Part shown: positions 12,820-24,677 of the stretch, one piece after another
How the letters are laid out: every line of letters starts with the position of its first letter
How positions within the stretch are numbered: position 1 is the stretch's first letter
Assembly: GCA_951406725.2 (NCBI GenBank)
Contig: OX597819.1
Span: 3,038,001 to 3,102,000, forward strand
Direction of reading: 5' to 3'
Source: Octopus vulgaris
Taxonomy: Eukaryota
Length of the DNA: 64,000 nt
Program-made: the position numbers and the translations under genes
Notes under the pieces: model-generated
What the model was told of the DNA's origin: nothing
What the model saw: the letters and a program-made list of their open reading frames with translations, nothing else
Databases searched by the model: none

Positions 12820-13804
12820 TACATGGCACTCTGTCAGTTATGATGACAAGAGTTCCAGTTCATCTGATCAATGAAACAGTTTGCTTGTGAAATTAACATG
12901 CAAGTGGCTGAGCACTCCACAGACATGTGTAGCCTTAATGTAGTTCTTGGAGATTCAGCGTGAAACAAAATGTGAAAAGGTCGGTCCTTTGAAATACAGG
13001 TACAACTCATCTTTGCCAGCTGTGTGGATGGAGCAACGTGAAATAAAGTGTCTTGCTCAAGGGCACAATGCAGGCTGGGAATTGAACTCATGACCTTATG
13101 GTCACAAGCCGAATACCCTTACCACTAAGCCATGTGCAATCTGAGTATCATATTAAAAGTAGATACACCATGAAAGGCCTAATTAACTGTAGTATTTCTC
13201 CTGAGACATATAGTATTAAATCTGCTTTGAATAGGATATACAGATTGCTATTTTAAAGTAATACTGCTTCTGTTGTACATAATGAAAATATCAGTGTATG
13301 AGTGTGTGTGTACATACATATTCACACAGACGTCTATTATTCACTTATGGTTATGTACTGAGGCACTTGAAAATAGTTTAAACAAGACAAAAGTTCATGA
13401 CTATCTTATATCAGTTTTATATCAGAATAGTTGCTGTTTTAGGCAAATTACTTTCTGCAAAACTAAGCTCTATGTTACTGCTAAAACAATACAAATGGTT
13501 ATACAGAGGTATTATTGTGGTGAAAGAAATATAAGATAAAGAGAAAAAAAGAACAAATGGATAGCAAAAACTATATTTGAGTTAGAGTTGTACTTGTGTA
13601 TCTAGCTGATCATTGATAAGACCTAAAGAATTAAAGCTTTTCAAGATTATTTTCTTTGTAATATCCTCCAGAGTAGGTGACCTTGTCTAGGACAAAAGAA
13701 ACCATGTTAAATAAAAATGTATGTGAAGTAAGGACAAAGGGTTATGGAAGAGGATGGCTAAAGAAGGGAAATTAGTGGTAATATGTTTGGAAAAGAGTAC
13801 TTAC

Positions 13805-13865
13805 CATTTTCTTTCAAAATGCCAGCTCTAACTGACATACTTCCCATTTCAACAATCAGAATATT
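13805..13865 (-). CDS. Actin-fold phosphate-1 exon (NILIVEMGSMSVRAGILKEN)
   Basis: ttgttacag acceptor, G|gtaagt donor, phase 0->1. Aligns to actin LVVDNGSGMCKAG. Confidence 0.92.
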
Positions 13866-13967
13866 CTGTAACAAGATAAGTGAACAGAACTTGACTTTTT
13901 TACAGTTTTTTTTAATAAGATGAAAATATCAACAATATTATTATCAGTAATATTTTATTGCACAGTA

Positions 13968-14180
13968 AAGTGGTGAGGTGGCAGAGTTGTAAGTTCACCG
14001 GGCAGAATGCTGAGTGACAGTTCATCCATTTTTACATTCTGTGTTCAAATTCTGCTGAGGACAACTTTACCTTTCATTCTTTCAGGGTCGATAAAATAAG
14101 TACCAGTTGAGCACTGTGGTCAATGTAATCAACTTACCTCCTCCTCTGAAGTTGCTGGCCTTGTGCCAAAATTTAAAACC
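13968..14180 (+). mobile_element. SINE family B (other copies at ~7873-7990, 14430-14575, 24075-24272, 38420-38600, 44925-45120, 58485-58697; one begins at the window end)
   Basis: Recurrent gttcaaattc..gaggtcgactttgcctttcatcctttcggggtcgataaaataagtaccagtt...ggccttgtgcc. Confidence 0.82.
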
Positions 14181-15114
14181 AATGTTTCATTGCACAGTAA
14201 GGATATAAAATACTGGCTTTTGTTGTTTCTTTGTGCATACTAAGTGCTTTAAACAGAAAGCACCTTTCTGAGAATATAAGCTAATCCAACACCATCACCT
14301 CACTAATTCTCTCTAACCCCTGTTTTCACTGGTATAGCCAAACCACTTTTTGGGATCCTGCATGCTTGGTTCATCAACTTGTTTTCAGCCAACTCAAAAA
14401 TGCTTTTGATTTTTTTTCTTAGCTATTATTATTTTATGTTCCGAGTTCAAATCATACTGAGATCAATTTTGATTTTTGTCACTCAAAGGTTGATAAAATA
14501 AAGTACCAGTCAAGTACAGGGGTCAATGCAACCTACTAACCTCCTCACTCAAAAATTGTTGGCCTTGTGCCTAAATGATTATTATTATCAGTGGGGTTAC
14601 TCGATTATCCCCAGAGGTCATTCTGTATCAGAGTATTGACCATGTAATACCTTACATAGCTAAATATTTGTAGTTTTCTTTAGGCTTTATTTCTTGCATA
14701 TTTTCAAGATTATCCTTTAAAGAATGTGGCATCAGTACATTTATAATGGCAAAACTCTACTTCAGTATCATCACTAAATTGTTTTATTATAATTAGAAAT
14801 CATTCCAGTTGCTCATTACCTTTGATGAAATGCTTTAGATCATCCATGTACAAGAGATGATACCATGATCTGGTGTTTATTCTTTACCCAAGTCTTATGC
14901 CATTCTACAACTTACTTAGGGAAATGAAAACCATGTAAAAGAGAAGCAGTGACCAACAGTCACCTTGAAAAATGCGGCATTTGTATCAATATCACCAGCA
15001 TTCACAGCATTCTAAATTAGAGTTGTCTTCCAGAGCTTCATACTATTTGATAGTAAATTAACAATAACTGGAGAGATTTTGTAAGATTTTCAAGCATTTC
15101 TCAATCCAACAACG

Positions 15115-15189
15115 AGGAAGTCTATCAATCCATGCAACAAGGAAGTCTATCAATCCATGCAACAAGGAAGTCTATCAATCCATGCAACA
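15115..15189 (+). repeat. 25-bp tandem repeat aggaagtctatcaatccatgcaaca x3
   Basis: Read directly. Confidence 0.9.
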
Positions 15190-16573
15190 GTGTTGTTTGT
15201 GGTAGTCCTCTAGAATAATTTTATTGTTTAAAAGTTAGCTTTCACACCCATATGAACCATGTTTACAGTCTTTTTGTTCATTGGAGAATATCTTGTTATC
15301 CACCAGGAAGATATATAAGTGTTAAGTACCATAAAAACTCATGTAATTTGCACACCTGTGTAACTTACACAGGTGATTTTTAGGATAAAAACTGTTAAAA
15401 AAGCTTCTACTCATGTAAAATTTGCACCCAAAAGTTTTCAGAATTGCCGATATGGACAGGGGGAAAAAGTTTTCAATTTAGTTGTCTTTAGCATAATTTC
15501 ACTTACTTATGATTAGATTTTATTAAATTTTCATTAGATAAAAATAATTTCTGTTTAACATTGAAAGCTATTAAATTACGAAGTGTTTGTGTTGTTTATA
15601 ATAAACTTTATTTTATATTTCTTGCCCACAGAAGATTATGTCCGATCTTCAGCATACTTCTGTATGCCTTCTCAAATCATGATTACAGGAAAATTTGTTG
15701 ATAATTCTTATTAACAAAAATAAAGCTGATAAATATGCATAAGTGTTGCAAAATAAGTTTAATAACCAATAAACATCTGCTTGGATGACACTTTACTCAA
15801 CTGACAGAGGAAGGTGACTGATCAAACTGATTATGTAAACAGAATTATGATTGGTCGAAAGTGTCTTCTTGTTTCAAGCTCTGATTTTCTGACTATTCTT
15901 GTCCGAATCTCTGATATGGAATATTGAAATTTTAATGCCTTTCACACTTATAAAATGTCAAGCAAACTTAAGAATTTGTCATTACCGTTTTAGCCAGGAG
16001 ACCAAACTGATAGTTTGGTAATCCACTAAAATAAATATTAACAATTGAAGGGAGAAAATAAACAGTTTTGCAAGTTTTACTCAGTGTTTATTGAACAAGA
16101 GATGTGCGAAATTTAAGAACTGACTTGTTAGAATATACATGTCTGTGAGGAGACGTAAACAAGAATAGCAAAAATCTACTCTACCAAAAGAACTGGTAAT
16201 ATATATATATTACAAGTGTTCTATGAAGAGAACATAAGATTGCTGCATAATTCAACATGAATGTGAAACGACATTAAAAATCATATAGGGTAAATGAAGG
16301 TTTCGGTAGGAATGCTAAGTCATATTCACTTAGTGAGGTTACATGCACAAGGATGAATTATGATGTCACTGTCGACATTGGATACAGTAAGAACTGATAG
16401 AGCGGCGATATCGATGGTGAGGAATTTCAGGATCTATTCCATTTCACATACAGTTTTTTTAATTAATTTTTTTTAAGTAAACACTTTGAAAATTTCAGAT
16501 ACTGGTAGAATGTGTTATGTAGAACAGGATTTACTCTTAACGTTTTTGACAACATTTTGTAATTTAGAAGTTA

Positions 16574-16968
16574 CTAGCAGTATCGCCCGGCGTTGCTCGG
16601 GTTTGTAAGGGAAATAATTATATAAGCATTTTTAGAGATGTAAAGTATAATAGCCATCTCAATATGGCTAACCACAAAGGGGGAGGGGTGTTACTGTAGC
16701 TTTTTACGTTCTGAGATTTAATAATAAATTTTAGAGAGTTACTTCCCTTATATATGTCAAAAATGGATTAAAAATGGGAAAAATTGATGGTAAATTTTTT
16801 TTAAAATCGTAGACTCATCGTAGACGCGCGCTAATACCTAGATGGTGTCGATATGAATCACGACTATAAGATACCCGGTTTTGGTTAAACTGCACCGCAA
16901 AATATGGGAGTAGTTAGGAATCTAAATCGTAGGAGACAGACACACAACCTCACTTTTATATATAAAGA
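16574..16968 (-). mobile_element. Non-autonomous Helitron
   Basis: On the minus strand: 5' A|TCTTTATATATAAAA, 3' hairpin CCCGAGCAACGCCGGG about 8 nt before CTAG|T, no TSD. Confidence 0.85.
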
Positions 16969-17750
16969 TTTCCTCTATTTACATAATATTGAGGTCTCTT
17001 TCTTTCTTTTGTTATCTTACTGTTTTTAACAATATACATATATATATATATATATATAAATATATATATAGTTAGAGAGATGTACTTGCATAGCAAGTGA
17101 CTTGATCTGAGATTGCGTGCTGGAACGAAAACAGTTGCAGCGTTGAAGGTGTTTATAAGCCATTTAAGAAACACACAAAAACCGTTAGATTCACTTCAAC
17201 ATTTAAATTTAATTTGTCAAAATATTTTCATCGCTTTGAGACCGCGACCTGTTAGCACGATATTTTTGTCAGTGAACAGGTCGCGGTCTCAAAGCGACGA
17301 AAATATTTTGGCAAATTAAATTTAAATGTTGAAGTGAATGTAACGGTTTTTGTGTGTTTCTTAAATGGCTTACAAACACCTTCCACGCTGCAATATATAT
17401 ATACACACATATATATATATGTATGTATGTGTGTATATGTGTATGCATGTATGTGTGTGTGTGTGCGTGTCTGTGCTTGTGATTGTCCTCCACCACTGCT
17501 TGACAACGAATGTTGGTTTGTTTACATCCCTGTCACCTAGTGGTTTGACAAAGGAAACAGATAGAATAAGTACAATGCTTACAAAAATAAAACTGGAGTT
17601 GATTCATTAAACTACAATTCTTCAAGGCATTGCCCCAGCATGGCCACAGACCAATGGCTGGAAAAAGCAGAAGAATAAAAGAATACATTCTCTGCTTTGG
17701 TCTTATGTTCAAGGCATGAGAAAGCTTGAGTTTACATGAGAAGGCCTAAC

Positions 17751-18230
17751 AGACCTGGTAGAAACAGCAGCGAAATCTCCCTCAAATCACACCTTACTGT
17801 TTTATGTATGTATATATATATGAGCCAATGAGGGGGACCTCTACATGGTAGCTAGACCTGGTAGAAATAGCAGCCAAATTTCCCCCAAATCACACCTTAC
17901 TGTCTTATCTATGTATATATGTATGTATGAGCCTATGAGGGAGACCCCTACATGGCAGCTAGACCTGGTAGAAATAGCAGCCAAATTTCCCCCAAATCAC
18001 ACCTTACTGTCTTATCTATGTATATATGTATGTATGAGCCTATGAGGGAGACCCCTACATGGCAGCTAGACCTGTTAGAAATAGCAGCCAAATTTCCCCC
18101 AAATCACACCTTACTGTCTTATCTATGTATATATGTATGTATGAGCCTATGAGGGAGACCCCTACATGGCAGCTAGACATGGTAGAAATAGCAGCCAAAT
18201 CTCCCTCAAATCACACCTTACTGTCTTATC
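17751..18230 (+). repeat. 107-bp tandem repeat, ~4.5 copies
   Basis: Unit containing agacctggtagaaatagcagccaaatttcccccaaatcacacc. Near-identical ORFs start at 17845, 17952 and 18059. Confidence 0.95.
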
Positions 18231-18308
18231 TTTCTGCTACTTATATTCGTCGTAAAAAACTTTCCTGTCACACACTCACGCACACACACACACACGCGCG
18301 CACCCTCA

Positions 18309-18343
<35 letters not shown>

Positions 18344-19966
18344 TCACACACGCACGTTAGCTTACAATTTTATTTATATATTTGCGTGTCTATGTGTTGA
18401 AAGAGGAAGTGGGAGGCAGAGTGAAAGAATCACTCACTACAGTAAGTAAATTACTTTCATTTTATTCGCTGCCCACTGTGTGTGTGCGTTTGCGTGTGGT
18501 GTAAACCAGACTAAGAAAAGCATTTGACACACACACCAGAATGTGAGTTTTCTGTAAATTTTGCTTAATTGGAGTTTAAATTTTAAAAACTGGACCTGGC
18601 ATGACGCGCTGCATTGTACTCTTAAAATTGCTAGGTAAATTGTAATTGAAGAAATCCTATATTGTAGATTTGTATAACTCCCAAAGGGAGGCAGATAAAA
18701 TCTGCCTTTTATAATAAGAGATTTAGTGTTAAAGTTGTCGTATTTGGGTAATTTTAACCAATCAGTGACATGTATTGGATCTTCATTGTGTCATAACTTG
18801 GAGAAAGTGAGCAAATAGCTTCCTGGTGCAAATGCAAGCTAGACTCCCTAAGCGGAGAAAAACTGATCTATTTAAGGAAATTGCTGGGCTCTATTTCAAT
18901 AGGTAGAAATGTCAAGCAATATAAAATATGGCCCAGCATGAATGTCAAATTTCAAAAAGTAGTTAACCATTTTATGGTTTTAGTAAATTTATACAGAAAA
19001 AGTAAGCATTATATTTTTTCTGTAAAAACCAATTCTGACATTAAAGTGAAATTATGCTAAAGACAACTAAATTGAAAACTTTTTCCCCCTGTCCATATCG
19101 GCAATTCTGAAAACTTTTGGGTGCAAATTTTACATGAGTAGAAGCTTTTTTTAACAGTTTTTATCCTAAAAATCACCTGTGTAAGTTACACAGGTGTGCA
19201 AATTACATGAGTTTTTATGGTACTTAACACTTATATATCTTCCTGGTGGATAACAAGATATTCTCCAATGAACAAAAAAAATCTCTAAAAAAATTCTGGA
19301 AATGGTCTACTCATGTAATTTATGCGCCCTTAATGTGTTTGTAAAAAAAGTGCATAAATTACATGGGTTTTTACAGTAATGATAGATGTGGGTATTTTAT
19401 ACATGACTGTAAAGCATGTTATTAATTTCTTTGAGGGTTATTATTTTCATCACTTTTGGGGAGTAAGCATGTTGCTCCATTTCTGAACTAAGTAAGGATT
19501 TTCTTGGTGTCATGCATAATATTATTGTACACATGGCTCAATCTTGCATGGGATTCAGGCACAGAGTATGTCAGTATTACTTTTAGGGTGGTGTACCTTG
19601 TGCATTGTGAGCAGCTTTCTAGTTCTTCTCTCTAAGTTCTCTAGCTCAAATTATGCCCATTTCAGAAAGGGAGCAGAGTATCTTAATACTGACATAGTCC
19701 TTGTATTTATTGCTTTAATGATATTCCTTTCATTTAATTTTGATTCAAGTACATTACTAATTCTCCTCTTGTACTCTTTTAAGATTTTCTCTCTCATTTC
19801 CTCTTTCATTATCCTGTTGACTTATAATATCCCTAGGTATTTCTATTCCTCACTATTCCACAGCAATCTAATGATGTATAGTAATTTTATGCCATGAAAG
19901 TTTATCATCTAGCCTCTCTTCATAATTAGCACTGCACAATTATTTACCTGAAACTGCATTCTATTA

Positions 19967-20316
19967 TTATTACCTTTGCCTTAGTGAAGGCGGAGGTATT
20001 GTTTTCAGTCGTGTTTGTTTGTCTGTGGTCAAGATATCTCAGGAACCGCTGAATAGATTCAGATGAAACTTTCAGGGATGTTTGGCCTCGTGACTGGCAC
20101 AAACTGATTAGATTTTGGGATTGATCTGGTACTGGACAAGGATTATGGCTTATTTTTCCTGTTTTTTTTACTTAATTTTTGAGAGAGGTCGGGTTAATTT
20201 TTAGTATTCTTGTTTGTGAGAGCAGTTGAGTTTATTTTCAGATATTCTTATTTCAATCGTTGAGAGGACGTTGGTGTTGCCTTGGAGGAGGTTTGTGCTC
20301 TGTGAGTGCTCTTGTT
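19967..20316 (+). mobile_element. Helentron/DINE-1-like (HINE) non-autonomous element
   Basis: ttattacctttgcc...ggcggaggt 5' inverted repeat, (GTTT/GTCT)n tract, 3' ttggaggaggt plus gtgctctgtgagtgc hairpin, inserted in (TTA)n. Confidence 0.7.
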
Positions 20317-21328
20317 ATTATTATTGCTACTCTAGTCTAACAGTGGTCTACACTTGGGCAGGTCCCTGTGCATGTGAACCTCTCCTAGCATTTTCTATAT
20401 GGCCTGGGTGGCCCCATACCCTCCCCTGCCACTGCTAAACAGATTACTGAAACTTTGGCTACCCTGACTAGACTTGTGAGGAATAGTGGAGTGGTTTCCC
20501 ATTGCCTTCTCGAGGCAGGTGGAATTTTAACTCAGAGTGTAGAAAGTCAAGAGATATACTGTAAGGCTCATGTGTCAACAATTCTGCCATGCTCTCACCT
20601 GCAGAGCAATGTGAAATGAAGTGTCTAGCTTAAGAATACAAGATGTCTGGTCTGGGAACTGAACCCATGATCAAGTGATTGTGAGTGCAAAATCCTAACC
20701 ACTAGGCCACATGCTTCACAGTTTGATATATAAGAAATCCTAAAAGATTAAGAAATGGATTTGATAACAATTTTTGATACATTTGAGAGATTTTATTTTG
20801 TTTATTATCATTTGTTATATTGGAATAGAATGTTTTTCAAATCTAGGATTTAGATTTATCTAGCAGCATTTTTAAATACCTATTAGAAAAATCAAATCCA
20901 TAATCCAGAGACAAATTTGCATAAGGTGGTTCAGACTTTAATGAAAATACTGCAAAGAGATTCTGGAGGTGAATGTCTCTGCTAGTCTAGGTTAAACCTC
21001 TCAGAAAATGCAAAAGATTTACATTTCTGTTTAGTACTGGATTAGATTTGATTAAAAATCTATGATCAAAAGACATTCCAACCAAGACCATTCAACCGTT
21101 TGTATTTTTCAAGCCTATTTAGGAACATATTAAATGCATCCTTTTAAGTTAGTAGGTCATCTGAAGGTGATTTTGCTGCTATTTCTAGTTGATAGAAACG
21201 CCACAGAGAGATGTTCCCAAGCATGCTGACTCTTTATGCAAAATGTTCAGTTTAGGTGGTGATGTAGACTGGTAGAATGTGTTCAACTGATCAAAATATA
21301 AAAGAGGAAAGTCTTGTAAATTTCTTAC

Positions 21329-21469
21329 CTTATAAGAAGATTTTGGAGCATCTACTAAAGGCTGGATATAGTTAGCTTTCAAGTTGTCCACTGTTTGACT
21401 CTGAAGTGCAGCTAACCACTGATCATATTCTTTTGATGAAGGACATCGCACCATCAGGTAATGACCCCT
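21329..21469 (-). CDS. PH domain C-terminal helix and linker exon (RGHYLMVRCPSSKEYDQWLAALQSQ...SSYK)
   Basis: tag acceptor, AAG|gtaaga donor, 141 nt in phase 0->0. Contains the invariant PH helix Trp (EYDQWLAAL). Confidence 0.92.
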
Positions 21470-21649
21470 CTATTCAACACAAAACAAATGCCATCAATGA
21501 ACAGTCTAGTATAACATAATTTTATCATCTTCATAACTATTACATAAAATTATACATATGCACACACACAAATATATACATATATATGCACACACAAATA
21601 TATACATATATATACACACACACATGTATCTATATATGTGCCAGTGGGA

Positions 21650-22335
21650 TGTAAATAGTACAATTTGAGCATGGTCAATGCCAGTGCCACCTGAATGGCC
21701 CCTGTGCCAGTGGAAATTAAAAAGCACCCACTATACTCTTGGAGTGGCTGGCATTACAAAGGGCATCTAGCTGTAGAAACTTTGCCAGATCAGATTGGAG
21801 CCTGGTGCAGCCTCCTGGCTTACCAGTCTTCAGCTTAGAGTAAAAGGTAGACTGTATGATGCATGTGTATGAACAGCCGTGCTACATGGCAGTGAAACAT
21901 GGGCCGTGACTTCTGAGGACAAGTATAAGCTCGCAAGGAATGAAGCCAGCATGCTCCGCTGGATGTGTAATGTCAGTGTTCATACTCGACAGAGTGTAAG
22001 TACTTTGAGAGAAAAGTTGGACCTAAGAAGCATCAGTTGTGGTGTGCAAGAGAGACGTTTATGCTGGTATGGTCATGTGGTGAGAATGGATGTGGATAGC
22101 TGTGTGAAAAAGTGCCACATCCTAGTGGTTACAGGAACCTGTGGAAGAGGTAGACCCAGAAAGACTTGGGATGAGATGGTGAAGCATGACCTTTGAATAT
22201 TAGGCCTCACCGAGGCAATGATTGGTGACTGAGACCTTTGGAAATATGTTGTGCTTGAGAAGACCTGGCAAGCCAAGTGAGACCATAACCCATGGCCTCT
22301 ACCAGGGGTGTAACCAGCCCACTTATGCACACATA
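21650..22335 (+). mobile_element. Rearranged RTE fragments (3' tail segment followed by ORF C-terminus)
   Basis: Tail sequence at 21650-21835, then HGSETWAVT...RRLCWYGHV...GRGRPRKTW. Confidence 0.85.
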
Positions 22336-23254
22336 CTGGTGCATGACACCAGTATGTGCCATGACTACAAGTTTATTTTGCTTGATGGGTTTTGTTTTAG
22401 AGCAGAGCATGTTGCCAAATGTCTTGGTAATGTGTTGTCTTGGCCTCTCTATGAGGCTTGAAAGGTGCTGTTTACGTGCCACTGGCTGGGAACACTTAGA
22501 TATGTACACACACACACACACACACACAAATAAATACTCCCCACACCCACACGTATATTAAACAGAGTCACACAGAGTAATATTGAATAAAATAGAAGTG
22601 GGTACAATGATATTTGACAAATTCCTGTTCAATCAAAAGTGAGAAAACCGTCCATTGTTTCATGAAATAGTTTCATGAAAAGGTTATCCTGTTGGAAAAT
22701 ATGTGTGAAAACACTATGGGCAGTGAATTACATCATTGGATCATGGATGCACGTGTTTCTGCATTGTTAAACATCATCAGCCACAAATACTGAACAACCT
22801 TTTGATAAGAACAGTTGGTCTCATACATAACAACAACAACAAACAGTAAATTTACTGATGTGTATGAAGTTTGTTCAAGCTAGAAATAATTAGAGTCGCG
22901 TAAAGCAGTACCAAAAAAGATATACACACGTAGAATTTTATTTATGATATTTACATAATAAAAATGGGATGGTTGTTTTTGGAATGCTTTTGATTCCAGA
23001 TCTACTTGAGCAGGGCTAATAGTGTGGTTAAAATATTCTTTCTTGACATTTTCCCATTCCATACTACAATATCTGCATATCTTGGTCACATATATAGATA
23101 TATGTCTTGTGTACACAGACACATATATCTTGCCTAGGCATTGCGAGACTAACAACATGTTGTATGTATGTTTCAGAACAAAGTATTATATGACCATAGA
23201 GCAGTAATAAGAAAAAGAAATGACACAGGAAAAACAATGGTTATGTTATGAACG

Positions 23255-23490
23255 TCATATATGATATATATATATATATACATACATACATACATACATA
23301 TATACATACATACATACATATATACATACATACATATATACATACATACATATATATATACATACATACATATATATATATATATACATACATACATATA
23401 TATATACATATATATATACATACATACATATACATATATATATACATACATACATACATACATATATATATACATACATACATATATATA

Positions 23491-23522
<32 letters not shown>

Positions 23523-23604
23523 CATACATACATACATACATACATACATACATACATACATACATACATACATACATACATACATACATACATACATACA
23601 TACA

Positions 23605-23654
<50 letters not shown>
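23255..23654. repeat. Compound (TACA)n/(TA)n microsatellite
   Basis: Read directly. Confidence 0.98.
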
Positions 23655-23908
23655 GCAATAATAATTCTCTAAAAGGGATATAGACAGTAACTGCTCGATA
23701 ACATAAGGGACTAAAGCCATCTGAATATGGCTAAGGACAGGGCAGGGTGGTGGGGGTGTTACTGTTGCATTTAGCCCCAGGCGAACATCGACGTCACCAC
23801 GAGCCTTTCTGGTGACGTCGATGTTCGCCTGGGGCTAAATGCAACAGTAACACCCCCACCACCCTGCCCTGTCCTTAGCCATATTCAGATGGCTTTAGTC
23901 CCTTATGT

Positions 23909-23939
<31 letters not shown>

Positions 23940-24278
23940 ACTCTAAAAAGTGATGCATGATGCTAGGATTTGTGACTCGATTTAAATATAACAATTCCAA
24001 ATCCTTGTTAGTATGTCTGCGTAAGTGGAATCTGGACTGGCATCAAGTCGTATCAGTTGTAGTAATCCATTTTACTATAGGCACAAGGCCTGAAATTTTG
24101 GGGTAGGGGGCTAGTTATATCCAACACTCCCAATGTGTAACTGGTACTTATATTATTGACCCCGAAAGGTGAAGTCGACCTTGGTGGAATTTGAACTGAG
24201 ATCATAAATACAGACGAAATGCCACAAAGCATTTTGCCCGGCATGGTAATGGTTCTACCAGCTCACCACCTTACGTAA

Positions 24279-24522
24279 AAGTTGTAAAAATGAAATCAAA
24301 CCAGATAGTTATATTGTGAAATCATTTAATATGTATGTTTCAGACCCGCATGATATATAATAGGAAATGCATCCATTACACAAGATCTTCATCAGTAAAT
24401 ACATTTTGAGAAAGGTCTTGCATAACAGATGCATTTTCTATTTTATATCATGCAGACCTGAAATATACAAATCAAATGATTTCAAAATATAACTATTTGG
24501 TTTGACTTCATCATAACAACTT
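24279..24522. mobile_element. Old palindromic MITE
   Basis: Imperfect inverted arms of ~110 bp (aagttgt..atgaaatcaaaccagatagttatatt / aatataactatttggtttgacttcat..acaactt). Confidence 0.7.
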
Positions 24523-24677
24523 ATATATATATATGTGTGTTTGTGTGTGTGTATATATATATATATGTGTGTGTTTGTGTGTATATATAGTATATATATA
24601 TAAATATATATATATATATAAATGTAAGATCTAGATATTGAGGTATAGGAAGAAAGTTGGCTTCAAGCAATCCACAG

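Larger units (their letters stand above)
15329..19376. mobile_element. Old TA-flanked DNA transposon (pogo/Tc2-like TIRs) carrying nested insertions
   Basis: TA|CCATAAAAACTCATGTAATTTGCAC at the left end. Reverse complement TA|CTGTAAAAACCCATGTAATTTATGCAC at the right end. Sub-terminal tctactcatgtaa repeats. Confidence 0.6.

Noticed and set aside
17845-18400. Three near-identical 66-113 aa ORFs
   Set aside because: Product of the 107-bp tandem repeat, whose period is not a multiple of 3.
23173-23720. Long ORFs of 124-161 aa on both strands
   Set aside because: Translations of (TACA)n/(TA)n microsatellite.
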